Part shown: positions 1 through 12,680 of the stretch, in pieces | Numbering within the stretch: position 1 is the stretch's first letter | Layout: every line of letters begins with the position of its first letter | Origin: Podarcis cretensis | Taxonomy: Eukaryota | Reading direction: 5' to 3' | DNA: 64,000 nt | Assembly (NCBI GenBank): GCA_951804945.1 | Contig: OX638163.1 | Span: forward strand, 4,092,001-4,156,000 | Made by a program: the position numbers and the translations under genes | The notes under the pieces: generated by a model | Seen by the model: the letters and a program-made list of their open reading frames with translations, nothing else | Databases searched by the model: none | What the model was told of the DNA's origin: nothing

Positions 1-481
1 GGGCCCTCAGGATCGTAACAGCTGCTGGCTCGCCACAAATGTGCCCCCCGCCCCCCGCTTGGGCAGAGTTCTCAAGTGAGTTCTTGTTAACTGTGCCCTA
101 TCTCCTGTGGTGTCTTATTACTACCCCTCACGGGCCATGTTTACTGCTCTGCATTTCACATTTTTTATCAATGCTTTAATACTTATGTTCTTAACCGCCT
201 CGAATATCTGGCTTGATAAAAAGGTGTTGGTGGTGGGAATCTCAACTGTTTTTATAGATAAAAGGTAAAGGTAAAGATAATCAGCAATAAATGGTACACG
301 GGAACTTTTCCTTCTCTTGACAGCTTTTTGGACTTGAGCAAAAAGAGGCAGGATTTTAACGTCTCATATTTACCACCTGCATATCCATTGCATTGTCCTA
401 CTTTGTAACCAAAGGGTTTCCCTCCCTCCCTCCCCGTCTTTCTCTTTCTCTCTCTTATTCCCACCCCTTACTGCTCCTCAG

Positions 482-535
482 GGCTTTCCTGGTGATCTTG
501 GAGAACGAGGACCTCCGGGCATTGATGGCAACCCA
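482..535 (+). CDS. COL27A1: Collagen exon A, 54 bp: GFPGDLGERGPPGIDGNP
   Basis: Pyrimidine tract, ctcag|GGC...CCA|gtaagt; 6 Gly-X-Y triplets. Confidence 0.95.
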
Positions 536-1116
536 GTAAGTTGGCAAAAGTTTCTCTCCTGGTTTTTGTTTTCTTTTGTGGGCCTCACTGGGAGGCAGCC
601 TGTTTGCTGTTTGGGATTGGCCCCTTGGAATCAGCGGCCTCAGGCCTGCCTTGTTGTTTTAAGTTCCCTCTTGAAACAATTCCCATCTTTTATACAACGT
701 GCTAAATACTTCAGTCAAGCATCTAACAAGGGAGAGGTCAATGAGGGTGCCCTCCCTTCCCTGCCTCTCCTCTTTCCGTCTTCCCCTGCAGTCCCACAGA
801 GTGCTTTGCTTGCTGGGGAAAGGATGAACAAAAGCCAAGGGTAACTGGGTGTTTTTGAAGCATATTTTCTGTCACTCATCGTACAGATCTTATACTCAGA
901 TCTCTAGGCAATTTACTCAAAGTAGGCCCATTAAAACGGATGGCCCCAATTTAGCCATGTTCATTAATTTCAATGGGCCTGTTCTGAGCAAAATGCAGTT
1001 GAATGCAACCCCCTGTTCTTTTGAGTGTAGATTGTATCAACTGATTTTAATACTGTGCTTTGACAATGCTGCAACCTCCCCGGGACCTTATCGTGAAGGG
1101 CAGGTAAGAAATCTTT

Positions 1117-1152
1117 AAAAACAAAAACAAAAACAAAAACAAAAACAAAAAA
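1117..1152. repeat. (AAAAAC)n microsatellite
   Basis: About 6 tandem units. Confidence 0.9.
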
Positions 1153-1597
1153 CCAATCATTACAATAATACTAATAATAGTTTCCAGTGTTAGTCCTACT
1201 CAGAGTAGACCCATCGAAACTGGTTGATATTACTAAGTTAGGTACCTTAATTTCAGTGGGTATTCTCGTGAGTATAACTGCTCTGGATAAAATCCAACCC
1301 TGCTCCTCCCTGTTGGTACAGTGAGAAGCTAGCAGCATTCTACAGGGATGAAATGATAGAGCTGGGCCGCTCTGTTTATTGGACTGCTTGGATGGAGGCC
1401 TTAGGGAAAGAGCTGTAACTTCCTGGTGAAGTATGTGCTTTGCATGCAGAAGGTCCCATCTTCAGTCCTCAGCAGTTCCAGTTAAGGAAAGGGTTGACCA
1501 ATATGGTGCCTTCCAGGACTTCTTGGACTACATGCGTCATCCTTCTTGACCATTGGCCATGCTGGCTGAGGCTAAAGGGAGCTGCATTTATTTATTA

Positions 1598-2033
1598 CCG
1601 TATTTTTCCATGTATAAGACGCTCCCATGTATAAGACAACCCCTATTTTTTTAACCCAAAATTAAGAAATTAAGTTGTTTAGCTTTTTTTTGGGGGGGGG
1701 GAGGTCACTTCCACCAATGACTCACCTGCCTGCCTGCTACTGCCAATCACTTGCCACAGCCACTGCTGATCACATACCTCGCTGCAGCCACCAATTGTCT
1801 GCCTGCTCGCCGCCACCACAGCCCACCTGCCCACTTGCTGCAGCTGCCAATCGCCTGCCCACCTTGCCACAGCCACCAATCACCTGCCCAATCGCCGCTG
1901 CCAATCTCCTGCTTGCTGCTGCCATTAATCACATGTCCCCCCTCTGTATTTACTATCCGTGTATAAGACGACACCCAATTTTTGCCTATTTTTTAATAGC
2001 AAAAAACATTGACTTATGCAGAGAAAAATACAG
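1598..2033. mobile_element. Tc1/mariner-type MITE with internal degenerate minisatellite
   Basis: TA|CCGTATTTTTCCATGTATAAGAC ... GACTTATGCAGAGAAAAATACAG|TA; internal repeats of gccaccaatcacctgcc. An inverted fragment of its left end lies at ~49889-49967. Confidence 0.8.
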
Positions 2034-2842
2034 TAGGTTTATTTATTTATTACCACTGTAACTTAGTGGTAGAGAATCTGCTTTGTCTGCAGATCCCAGA
2101 TCAAATCCCTGGCATTTCCAGGCAGGGCTGGGAGAGACTCTGGTCTGTAACCGTGCAGAGGTCCAGCCTATCAGATGGGGAAGCAGTTGCCCGCTAGATG
2201 ATGCTGGATTCAACTCCCATCAGCCTTAGTTGGCATGATCAGTGGACAGTAATGATGGGAGGTTATGTCCAGCATCTTCTGGAGGACTGTAGCTACCCAA
2301 TCCCCACTCGATAGAGAGGAGGAAGAGGAGGTTTTTATGCTAGATTTCTCTCCTGGTGTTTTGGGCAATGTGTGGTTTGAAGAAGGCCCAGCTCTGATCA
2401 GTAATCGTAGATCTACAGCAGAGATAGGGAACCTTTGGCCTTCCAGATGTTGCTGGACTCGAACTCCGATCATCCCTAGCCCTTGGCTGTGATGAATTCT
2501 AGCAGAATTTCATCAACAGCTGCAGGACCACAGATTCAGCATCTCTGGTGCAGTCCATTCTGCAGTGTCTGGGTTTTCTTAGGATATAAAAGAAGACCTA
2601 CGTCTGTACACATTCCTTATGCTGAAGATTCAGACCATTTGGTATGGGAAGAGTTTGCATCCCTTACTTTTAGCCTGTATAAGAGGCAAGTTGCCAGTCG
2701 CTTTCCAGATCCAAAACATGAATGTACAGTATTCAATTACAAAAAGTCTCTTATTTCTAAAACTTTTGCAGATATAAGGGAAAGCATGCAGGAAGTATTC
2801 CATCAAATCTTGTATGCTAATAGTGAACTTTATCAGGAGAGA

Positions 2843-3188
2843 TAAAAGAAAGTACTTTTTTGTGCAGCTATACACAAAACTATGGAACTCCTTCCTGCAG
2901 GAGGCATTGATGGCCACCAACTTGGGTGGCTTTAGAAGAGGACTGGACAAAGTCATGGAGGAGAGGACTATTGATGGCTACTAGTCACAGTGGCTATGCT
3001 CTGCTGCTACTGTGGAGGCTCAGTGCTTTTGAATACTAATTGGTGGAAACTACAGGACGGGAGCGTACTGTTGTGGTTGAATTCTGCTTGCTGGTTTCCC
3101 ACAGACATCTGGTTGGCCACTGTGAGAACAGAATGCTGGACTAGATGGGCCATTGACCTAGTCCAGCAGAGCTCTTCTTAAGTTCTTA
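2843..3188 (+). mobile_element. CR1-type LINE 3' end (old subfamily)
   Basis: Decayed ORF2 end (FRRGLDKVME-like) and a 3' UTR ending ctcttcttaagttctta. Related pieces at ~26787-26860 and ~27397-27900. Confidence 0.65.
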
Positions 3189-3982
3189 ACTCATTCTTGA
3201 CAGTGGACTCTTATGCAGCTGCAACAGAGCCATTCCCACACAACTGGGAGGTAATCAGCAGCCTTGGGCAAAACTCTACGGTTTGGAGAAGTACTATAAA
3301 CCCCCAGCTAGATCAAGAAGTGTTAAGCATGTTCAGTGAGCACAGAATGTTGAGTGTCTTTTGGAGGGGAAATAGGAAACTGGATGGTGGAGAGAGAGAG
3401 GAATGGAATGGACATGACTTCGGCTGGCTGAACTGGAATCTTGGGCCAAGAACCTGCAGTATCACAATGTTTTGTTGCAGGTCCCACTTATTATTGATAG
3501 GCTTCTGGTTGGACAATGTAAGAACAGGATGCTGGAAAATAAAGGCTGTTTGTCCAATTCAGCAGCCCTCTTCTCATATTCTCCCTAAGAATTAAAACTG
3601 TGGTTCTGGTGAAGGTGTGCAAAGGTAGCATACCTTGAAGCAGCTAGCCTTTTAAAAAACCCCTGATGGGATTGAATTGTATTGTAGTAACACTGAGTAC
3701 AGTTAAATAGCTTTCAGCTTTGATATAAGGCTACCTGTACGTCTGGCTGTTTCTGTAATCTCTCAGAAATAACCTTACAACCTGGTTGTTTTTGCAGTGT
3801 TTACCTTTGGTCCCCTTAAGGATTGAGGAGAAATGTGATTCAGGTCTCATTTAAATGCAAATCTATGAAATCTACACTTTCCAAAACAAAATGTGAACTA
3901 AAACATAGCGGTTCTTTGAAATTTGCACTTATCCAAATTGTCTAGCCAGTGTTTGCAAAACTGCATATGTTAGGGAAAAGTA

Positions 3983-4339
3983 CAGTGGTGCCCCGCAAAA
4001 CGAATGCCTCGCAAGATAGAAAACTCGATAGACAAAAGAGTTTTCTGTTTTGGAGGTGCTTCGCAAAACGAATTTCCTATGGGCTTGCTTCGCAAGACGA
4101 AAATGTCTTGCGAGTTCCTGTGGGTTTTTTTCCCTTTTCCCCTCCTTTTTCTAAGCCACCAAGCCGCTTATCCGCTTATCCGATAAGCCGCTAAAAGCCA
4201 CTAAAAGCCACTAAAAGCCGCTAAACCGCTAATAGCGCTAATCCGCTAAGCCGTCAATGGGCTTGCTTCGCAAGACGAAAAAACCGCTAGACGAAGAGAA
4301 TCGTGGAACGGATTCTTTTCGTCTTGCGAGGCACCACTG
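3983..4339. mobile_element. Tc1/mariner (Tigger-like) MITE, family A, copy 1
   Basis: TA|CAGTGGTGCCCCGCAA ... TTGCGAGGCACCACTG|TA; closely similar copy at 34063-34397. Confidence 0.9.
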
Positions 4340-6378
4340 TATGCCTGAAAATGAATGCATTAGAGAAAATGACATATAAAAAACGCATTATATCAGGGGA
4401 AATTGTTTGCAAATATGTGTACATCAGGCAAAACTGCATAGAAAAATGTGTATATTAGGATAAGTTTGCATGGAAATGCTGAATAATTTTTAATGAGGAT
4501 TTTTTAAAATGCAAATTGCTGCAGAAATTTGGAGAAGTGAATTTATTTGAAAAGCACAAAATTCAGGGGACCATCCCTGGTCCCTTCACCATACAATTTC
4601 TTGCTCAGCTTATCCCCTTCTATAGAAACGGGCCACGAAGGCCCTTTTTCCTTTTATTCTTTTCGAAAAATAAAACTGCATTATCACCAGAAAATATGAC
4701 TTGGACCAGCAGATTGCTTTCCCCAGCCCTTCCTAAACGTTGCTTTTAACTCTCCCTAACCTCAAAATTCTCTGTTTCAATTGATTTTCCTTGGCGCATT
4801 TGTGTGTGTTTGTGTTTTAAGTAGAACAGCTGTCCAGCAGTTCAGTTGTCAGAGCAGGGATAAAATGCATAAAGATTGCTTGCTTTAGACACAGCATATG
4901 CCCTTCATTCTGGCTGCTTGTGTGAGAATTAAAGGGTAGGAGTTAAGGACAATTAGAAGGGACCTGTTGGATCAGACCAAGGGCCAACCCGTCTGCTCTA
5001 GAATCTTTTCCCACAGTGGCCAACCACCAGCTGCCTCTGGGAAACCCACAAGCAGAACATGAAGGTTTTCAGCACAAGAGCTGAGTGGGCTTTCCCCCTT
5101 TATGTGTGTGACTCTCATTCAGAATCCGCCATTGCAACTCAGTTATGCCTTAGGTATTCCTTGTTTTGGAAGCATTTGCCCACCTAGAGATACTGGCTCT
5201 GTTGGTGTCTTCCTGGGTGCACCTAGTTCCCAATTTATTTAATTAATTCAGCCCATGGCCACATTCTCTGTTGGACAACTTTCCTGGGCCTTCATGGCAG
5301 TAGTGGTCACAGCCATGAGCAAAAGGAGAAGGTGCAATAAATGTGAATCTTACCATTGTACCGTTCACCCCAGGACTTGTCCTTCATCCAGGCAGGCAAG
5401 AAATATTATCAGACGTGCAAAAATGTTCAAGGAAGGGCCAACTGGGGGGGGGGGCGTAGGTTCAGGAAGAGGGGGCATAACTGGGTGAACCCTAAGGGCC
5501 AAATAGTGAGGCTTGGAGCATTTGCCCCTTGGACTTGAGGTTTCTTACCCCTGATTTAAAGCATTTCTAGTTGAGATTCCTGCGTTGCAGGGATTTGGAC
5601 TAGATGGCTGTCAGGTTCTCTTCCAACTCAACAATTCTGTGATTCTACTCTGCCTTCCATCAAACTGGATTTGAGTAAATTTTTGCATGGGTGTGCCAAA
5701 GGCAGCCATTGGAACCAGAAGAGATTAGCCAGTAGTCAGGACCAAAGAGCAAGGCTGGGCTACAGGGCAAATCAGCAAATAGGACAGAGGAGTGAGTGAG
5801 AGGTCAGGACTGAAGATTTCCAGGAGTGTGCCAGGGTTCAGGAAAACACCATGTTTCTCCAGCGATGTTCTAACTGGAAGCAGGAGCCTTTTTTTATGCA
5901 CTTCCTTGTCTAGGGAGAATCCAGTGGCCAGTCTGGCTGAGCGCATTCACTATAGAGGAGGTCCATCAGCCATGCTGTCTGGGGCTGATGGAAGTTGCAG
6001 TTCAATAGCATCTGGAAAGACCACTTTTGCCACAGAGGTACCCTCCAGATGCTATTGGACTCCAGCTCCCACCAGCCCCTAGTCTGGGGCCTGAAGGTAC
6101 TTTACTGAGAAGCTGCCAACTGTAGTTCAAAGGCTCACCACATGAGGGAGTTGATGTGTGTATTGATCTATTCTTAGTTTGTTGTTAATTATTTTTGAAT
6201 GTTTGTTGTTAGCTGCTTTTACCAATAATTTTATTGGGTGGTACTTTTTTGTTTTTGTTTTTTTTTGTTTAGAGCCACATTCCCTCCTGGGCAGGCCTTC
6301 TGGAATCTTGAAAGCCCAGTGAAGGTACAACCAAAGGCCCAAGTGGGCAGAGTCAAGGATGGGGCTCTTATCTGTCCT

Positions 6379-6511
6379 NNNNNNNNNNNNNNNNNNNNNN
6401 NNNNNNNNNNNNNNNNNNNNNNNNNNNNNNNNNNNNNNNNNNNNNNNNNNNNNNNNNNNNNNNNNNNNNNNNNNNNNNNNNNNNNNNNNNNNNNNNNNNN
6501 NNNNNNNNNNN
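6379..6511. other. Assembly gap (133 N)
   Basis: Run of N. Confidence 1.
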
Positions 6512-9500
6512 TTCAAGCAAAAGGCAGGATCATGGTTCAAGCTAGGTATACAAGCACTAAAGGAAGTCACAGAGGAGAGCTGGTGAGAGGTGTGGGGGTC
6601 GGTAGTGCCCTGCCCAGGGGAAAGTCCCAAGGGCCAGAGAGATAGAGAGGGGCTAACAGGGCTGCATTTGGCTCCAACTTAAGGTTCCCCACACCAGGTC
6701 TGGTCCCCGCTTCTAGCCTAAAGAGAAAGCCATTTTAACTATTCCTGTTGGAGGGAAACAGGAATTGATGGATGGAAGCACTCCATTGCCTGAGAATCCT
6801 TAAATGAGCCACAAGCTTCATTAAAGTGGTCCGTGGCATGTGTGTGGACTTGCAGTTGAAGACAGGAGAAGGCGTACCCATGACACTAAGTGTTCACATT
6901 AATTTCTCATTGCATTTCTGTTGCTTCTTTTATTTCTTATATTGTATTACAGTTTGAATTCTCTGTAAATCCTACAGTATCTAGCACAGTGCATTACAAG
7001 AGAAATTGTTAAGTGGTCCTCCAAGGCCCTTGGCAATTTTCAAGTGGTCCATGGCGGGGAGGGGGTATTTGGGAACCAATGGTCTATGCTGCAGATCAGG
7101 CGGCTCACCATGACCAGGACACTGCACAGAACCAGGGGTTCTTGGCCCTCACACTGCCAGTTAAATTCAGAATGGCAGTGTGAGAGCTGCCACACTCCCA
7201 CTATGGATCTAAAGCGTCTTCAGGGGTTCCCTTACCTTAAGAAAACACCTGGTGAGCACCTCACTCTAATGCACCCTTATCATCCTCATCTGAGATCTGT
7301 TTACTTAAACCAAGTATGGGAACCTTAGGCCTGCCAGGTGTTGCTGAACTACAACCCCAAGCATCCCTGCTTGCTTGGAGCTAATGGGAGTTGTAGTTCG
7401 GCAGCATCTGAAGGGCCAAAAGATCCCAAAAACATAGCGTATTTAAGCTGTCATCCTTCCCTATTAATCACTCTGCCTTAGTAGCCTTCTTTGCCTTCCT
7501 TCAGTTAGCCCCTTCTCTCCTTGACTTGCCACTGGGGTGGCCAGCGGCACAAGTGCTGCCTTTTGCCTCCCTCCCACACTGTGACCTAAGTCATTATGGG
7601 AAGGCTTGCCCATGGACTCACTCTGTATTCTTTTATTCTCCTGTTATCCCTTTCCTGTTCTCCCACCCTCCTTTTGTTGGACCCCTGCCCCTCAAATGTG
7701 TCATCCGCCATGCCTTTATCCCCTGGCTGGCCAAGACTCTTTCCAGAGTGGGTCAGGGGCCACCCTGCCCAGCCTCTTCTGGCCTGTTTGGCTCACTTCC
7801 CCCGCTTACTAGTGGGATGACAGCATCAACCATTCCTGACTACCTGATGCAAGGGTGGTGGCAACAGGAAGGACAGACCCCCATGCACCTTTGACAGTTG
7901 TGCTGAAGAGGGAATTTCAGCACAATTTATGCTTCTTGCCCCCACGTCAGAGTTCTAGGAGTTTGTCTCCTGTGTTTAACTCATTACAGAATAAGCTGCA
8001 TTGATTTCCCCACATTCCTGATTGTGTATGTCAGTGAGAGTTTGTCCGCATCACCATTTATCTTGTGATAAACCATAGATCCACTTAATTATACTGGGTG
8101 GGTGGGTGTGCCATTAGGATTTTAAATTGGTACAGGAACAGAGGAAGCTGTCAGGAATCCTTTAGTTTAGATTCCTGCATTTCAGGGTACCTTCCAACTC
8201 TACAATTCTAAGATTCTAGGATTCCAGGTCAGGAGTCTCTCTCCAAAAACTTCCTGGAGAAGCCACTGGGGATTGAACCTGGACCTTCTGGTTGCATGGC
8301 AGATGTTCTGCCATAGAGCTATGGCCCTTCCCATGAACTGACAGTCTACCCCAACCTGAAGCCCTTTCAGGTGTTGTTGGACTCCCAACTCCCCTCAGCT
8401 CCAGCCAGCATGCAAAATGGACCAGGATTATGGGTGCTGAAGTTCAGAGTATATGGAGGGTGTCAAGCTGTGTTGTAGGAAGGAAACACTAGCTGCCTCT
8501 TTGAAATGTCTCCAGTCATCTGGTCCAGTTGCATGCAGGCCCTCTTTTATCCCCAGCAACATATTGGGCTCATTCTGAAAGAGGGGCAAGGGATCTGTGG
8601 CCCTCCAGGTGTTGCTGGTCTCCCATCACCCCAGACCATTGCTCAGGCTGGCAGGGGCTAAGCAGATTTCAGGGGCTCAACGTAAATCTGGCTTGGAGCT
8701 CTAGGTCAGTTTTTGAAAGCTCTGCCTGGGATATCCAGAGAATCCAGAGTCCTGCAATGTTGATTCCCCAGCGGAAGAGAATCCTTCCCTTTGGCCTTTT
8801 TAGATTTTCTCCCCACCCCCATTTGGACAGCTTATGACACTTAGTGCACAGAATGAAAAGGGAAGGCCTTAGCTTGCTTGAAGAGAAGTTTGGTGGGGTC
8901 AGGGAAAGTGTCACAGACAGAGCAAATTCCAGCAAAGGACACCCATGGAACAGATTCTGAGTCTGCTGGGAGGAATGTATGCAGAAAACACAGTTGTGGA
9001 TCCCACGTTTCTGTCCTGCCACCTGCTTCCAGAATTTTATACACACTTTGGGCTCTTGACTGTTTCTTCTCGTGCCACTGAATTTGGGTGGCTTGTGCTG
9101 TTTACCTCAGATTGGCTTGTGGCAGTCTCCTCCCACACCCCCAACCCCCTTCTGTTCTTCTGTTCCAGCCTAACTACTCATGCCCTCCTCCATGCTTTTA
9201 CATCCCACCCCCATTTTACATACACCATCATTCTCTGGCCACTGAGCATGGACTGGAGCATCTTCCACATCAGGAAAGGTTATAACATTCAGAGTGTTAT
9301 ACTTTGCTGGGGTGGGGTATAGAGGCATGTAAAATTATGCAGGGTGTGGAGACACTGGATAGGGAGAAGTGGATGTGAGTAATAATAACACACCCACCCC
9401 CAAATGCCGTTTCCCCCTACATATTGTTTTGTACTTTTGCAAATTTTGGGGTTCCCCCAAACCTGCTGATGCCTCTCTTTTGTGCACCAAAGGTGCCATT

Positions 9501-10370
9501 TTGGCTGTGCACATCAGCCTTCGCCACAGCTGGAGATGATGGGATATGTTACCCATAACATCTGGCACCAGGTTGGCAAAGGCTGGTGGGTATGATGATT
9601 TCCTTATGATGAAGGAGAGCCTCACAGGATTTTATCCAACTAAGTCATAGTCAAAGTAGACCAACCTGAAATTAATGAATCTGTCAGCTGTGACCATTCA
9701 GTTCAGTGTGTCTACTCTGAGTAGAACTAACACTGGATGCAACCCATGCCTGCAGAGAGGCCCTTCTTCATGAATGGCTTTCTATAGGTTTTTTATAGAC
9801 ATAGTCCTCCTCATCAGCAGGATTATTTTATTTGCTTGTGGTAAGTGTGGCCCCCAGGCCTCTCTGCCTGGCCCTCAGGAGCCTTCCCTAGGCCACACAC
9901 TTCCCTGAGCCAGACCTCTTACTAGTCCTGCTTTGCATCCTCATTGAGTGCTTTTGTATAGCTGGAATGTGTCTTTGAACTCTGATCATGAGTCTTGAGT
10001 GCCTGGACAGAGGGCAGAGAGATGTGTGTGAGTGTGGGTGTAGAAACTAGTCTAATGTACAAAGGTAAAATTGACATCCATTGCTCTATGCAGGCTGAAT
10101 CTAGACACATCAAATAAGTGTTTCAGTGAAACACGTTGTAAATTTAAACAGGGAAATCCTGTAGGGAAAGACAGGACTCCACAGCACCGTCTGGTGGCGC
10201 ATTGTTATATTGCATATACAACACATATAAATCACCTTTTCTTTACCAATCTAGCTGAGTCCCCAGCTTTGCCATAAGCCAGTGGGACGCCCCAAGCCCC
10301 ACCAGACTGTTTACTGTGCATTTCTGAGCGCTGAGTGGGAAGAAAGACTGAATTCCTGAACCTTTTTTCT

Positions 10371-10504
10371 GTAGCTCAGTTAGTAGAGCATGATATTCTT
10401 AATCTCAGGGTTGTGAGTTCGAGCCCCATGTTGGGGGAAAGATTCCTGCATTGGACTAGATGACCCTTGTGATCCCTTCTAACTCTAGGATTCTGAGATT
10501 CTAT
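10371..10504 (+). mobile_element. tRNA-Lys(CUU)-derived SINE with CR1-type tail
   Basis: Head tagctcagttagtagagcatgatattcttaatctcagggttgtgagttcgagccccatgttggg; tail gattctgagattctat. Other copies at ~15064-15180 (-) and 27051-27168 (-). Confidence 0.8.
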
Positions 10505-11136
10505 ATGTATCTATCGCTGTTGCTCCAGCTAAGACACCTCTGTCTGGCGCTCCTGTTGCTATGCATTAGACTCCAAGCCCTTTTTTATTCAACAGTTTGC
10601 CCCCTCTCTGCCTTAGTTCGTCCATCTGTAAAATGGGAGCAGTAGTGTCCAGTTCTTAGCCACAGGGCTTGTTTAGAGGTGAGCAAGGCAGAGGTTTGTG
10701 CTGGACTCTTGAGGGTTGTTTTTGCAGGTGGGAAAGAGAAAAGTGATGGTGGAAAATTCTCTTTCTTTCTTTCCTTGTCCAGCACCCTTCTCTTGCTCCG
10801 CCCCCCCCCCCCTTTCCAAAAGCACACAGTGAAATCCTTCTTCTCTCCTGTCCCATTTTTGGGGGAGGCGGGGGGGGGGGGAGCGAGAGAGGAAAGCCGG
10901 TCTTGAACAAGCAGCCTTGTGTCTTCCAAGGAGGTCTCTTTTATTTACAAGCTTGCTGAAGATGGAAGCTCTAGATTGCCCACCGAGGGCGGGGCACCCT
11001 TAACCCTTCCCCTGCCGCCCTCACCACACGGAGGCACTTCTTCTTCTATGCTTTAAGTTGGGGTGTGTGGAGGGAAGAATCTCCACTTTTTGCTGACAAA
11101 AAGACTGTAACTGTGTTGCTCTTTGTTTCCTTTTAG

Positions 11137-11181
11137 GGAGACGTGGGAGCCCCAGGTCCTCCTGGAGTTCACGGACTCGTT
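11137..11181 (+). CDS. COL27A1: Collagen exon B, 45 bp: GDVGAPGPPGVHGLV
   Basis: ttttag|GGA...GTT|gtaagt. Confidence 0.95.
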
Positions 11182-11620
11182 GTAAGTACGGTAAAGACAG
11201 GAGAACTTTTCATCTGGGGCTCTGGGACGCTGCTTCTTCTTTTTAACTCTTTCCAAGACACCACTAAGAGCCCCGTGGAAATGCACTGTGTTGATTTAAT
11301 CTGCTGCCCTTGCAGGGCGAGGCGAGGGGGAGGTCCGTGCAAGCAGGGAGGGAAGTGTTAAAGCTGCAGTGTTGACACAATGGGCGAAAACAGCAGCGCT
11401 GAGTTACCTTTGCTGGGGTGGGAGAAGGAGGAGGCTACTTAGCAGGTGCTCCTGCATGCAGGAAGCGGCTGAGACTGCTGCAAACACACACCGTGCATTT
11501 AAAGCTCCACCACCCAAAGAATCCCGTGAGCTGTAGTTTTCCCTCTGGACTACAATTCCAAGCACTCCCAACAAAGTACAGTGCCCAGTATTCTTTAGTG
11601 ATGGCAGAATGTGCTTTAAG

Positions 11621-11767
11621 CAGTGGCGTAGCGTGGGTTGTCAGCACCCGGGGCAAGGCAAGTAATTTGCGCCCCCTAACCCGTGGATTTGCGCCCCCTA
11701 ACCCTAACCCCCAGATGTTGCGCCCGGTGCGGCTGGGCCCCCCTGCACCCCCCACGCTATGCCACTG
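11621..11767. mobile_element. hAT-type MITE (147 bp)
   Basis: TIR CAGTGGCGTAGCGTGGG / CCCACGCTATGCCACTG; perfect 8-bp TSD GCTTTAAG at 11613-11620 and 11768-11775. Confidence 0.92.
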
Positions 11768-12509
11768 GCTTTAAGTGTGTGTTGTGTGTGCAGCCTGTTC
11801 TTCGCAACAGGGCAGTTCATTGGAGGCTGGTTCATTAGGGCAGATAGGGGACTGCACTATCCATCTCAAACGGGCTGTCAGCTCTTGCTTTGCCTATGGC
11901 TGGTGTTTCCACTCTACCAGTCCCAGTGGGCACCAGTTAGCACTGGGCAGCAGTGGGGGGAGGGACCTGTGGTCCTCTTCCAGGTGTTCTTGGACTACAG
12001 CTTCCATTAGCCCCAGCCAGCGTTGCCCAATGAGTAGTGGGAGTTTTGTAATTCAGCAACATCTCTGTACGTGAGACAGGTTCCCCATCAATGCAATACA
12101 GCCAGCTCTTCAAAGTCTTAAATCCTCCTTGGGGTGGTCAGTATGTGCCTGGGTTGTAGTGCACTGGACTGCAGGTTGTAGGATCGGTGGGAAGTCTCAC
12201 ATGGCTGGTTTTTCCTCCATTCACAACAAATCCCACCATTCAGAAAACTAGCTTGTCAACCTAGCTTTCTCTCTTATGTGGTGGTTTTCCACATGCAGGG
12301 ATTAAAAATATATATGGCGGAGGACTGTATGAAAGATCATTCTGACATATAATTCCCTTATTGGCTTAAAACACAACACTCCAAGCACAAGTATACCATT
12401 GTGCACTCTTGGAGGGGGGTGAGAAAAGGTACGACCCATCATTCACTGATCCTCTAACTGAAGATGCTGAGACCAGTGAAAGGTAGCTGGTCTAAAAGTT
12501 CGGGAAAAG

Positions 12510-12680
12510 CTTGTAGTGTAGTGGTAGAGCTCCTGCTTTGCATGCAGAAGGTCCCAAGTTTGATCCCTGGCATTCTCAGTTAAAAAGACCAGGTAGCGTG
12601 TTAATGAGAAAGCTGCTGGCAGTCAGAGTAGAGAAGCTTGAGTTAAGTGGACAAAAAGCCCGACCTTGTTTAAGGCATTT
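12510..12680 (+). mobile_element. Old tRNA-Ala(UGC)-derived SINE (representative of about 10 decayed copies)
   Basis: gtggtagagc...ctttgcatgcagaaggtcccaagtttgatccctggcat; similar at ~1410, 2059, 8240(-), 14690, 14913, 15478, 25755, 29650(-), 44036. Confidence 0.65.

Noticed and set aside
261-276. (AAAGGT)n resembling a Sauria SINE tail
   Set aside because: No SINE body follows
1730-1935. Repeat array as CRISPR-like
   Set aside because: Degenerate minisatellite inside a MITE, without unique spacers, in vertebrate DNA
6379-6511. A missing exon hidden in the N gap
   Set aside because: Exons A and B join colinearly with recalled COL27A1, so no exon is needed
10371-10437. tRNA-Lys(CUU) gene
   Set aside because: Acceptor and anticodon stems are broken and it runs into a CR1-type tail, so it is a SINE head
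12141-12175. TATGTGCCT resembling the start of miR-455-5p, which is hosted in a COL27A1 intron
   Set aside because: The match stops after 9 nt and there is no 3p arm. By recalled gene structure, miR-455 lies upstream of these exons.
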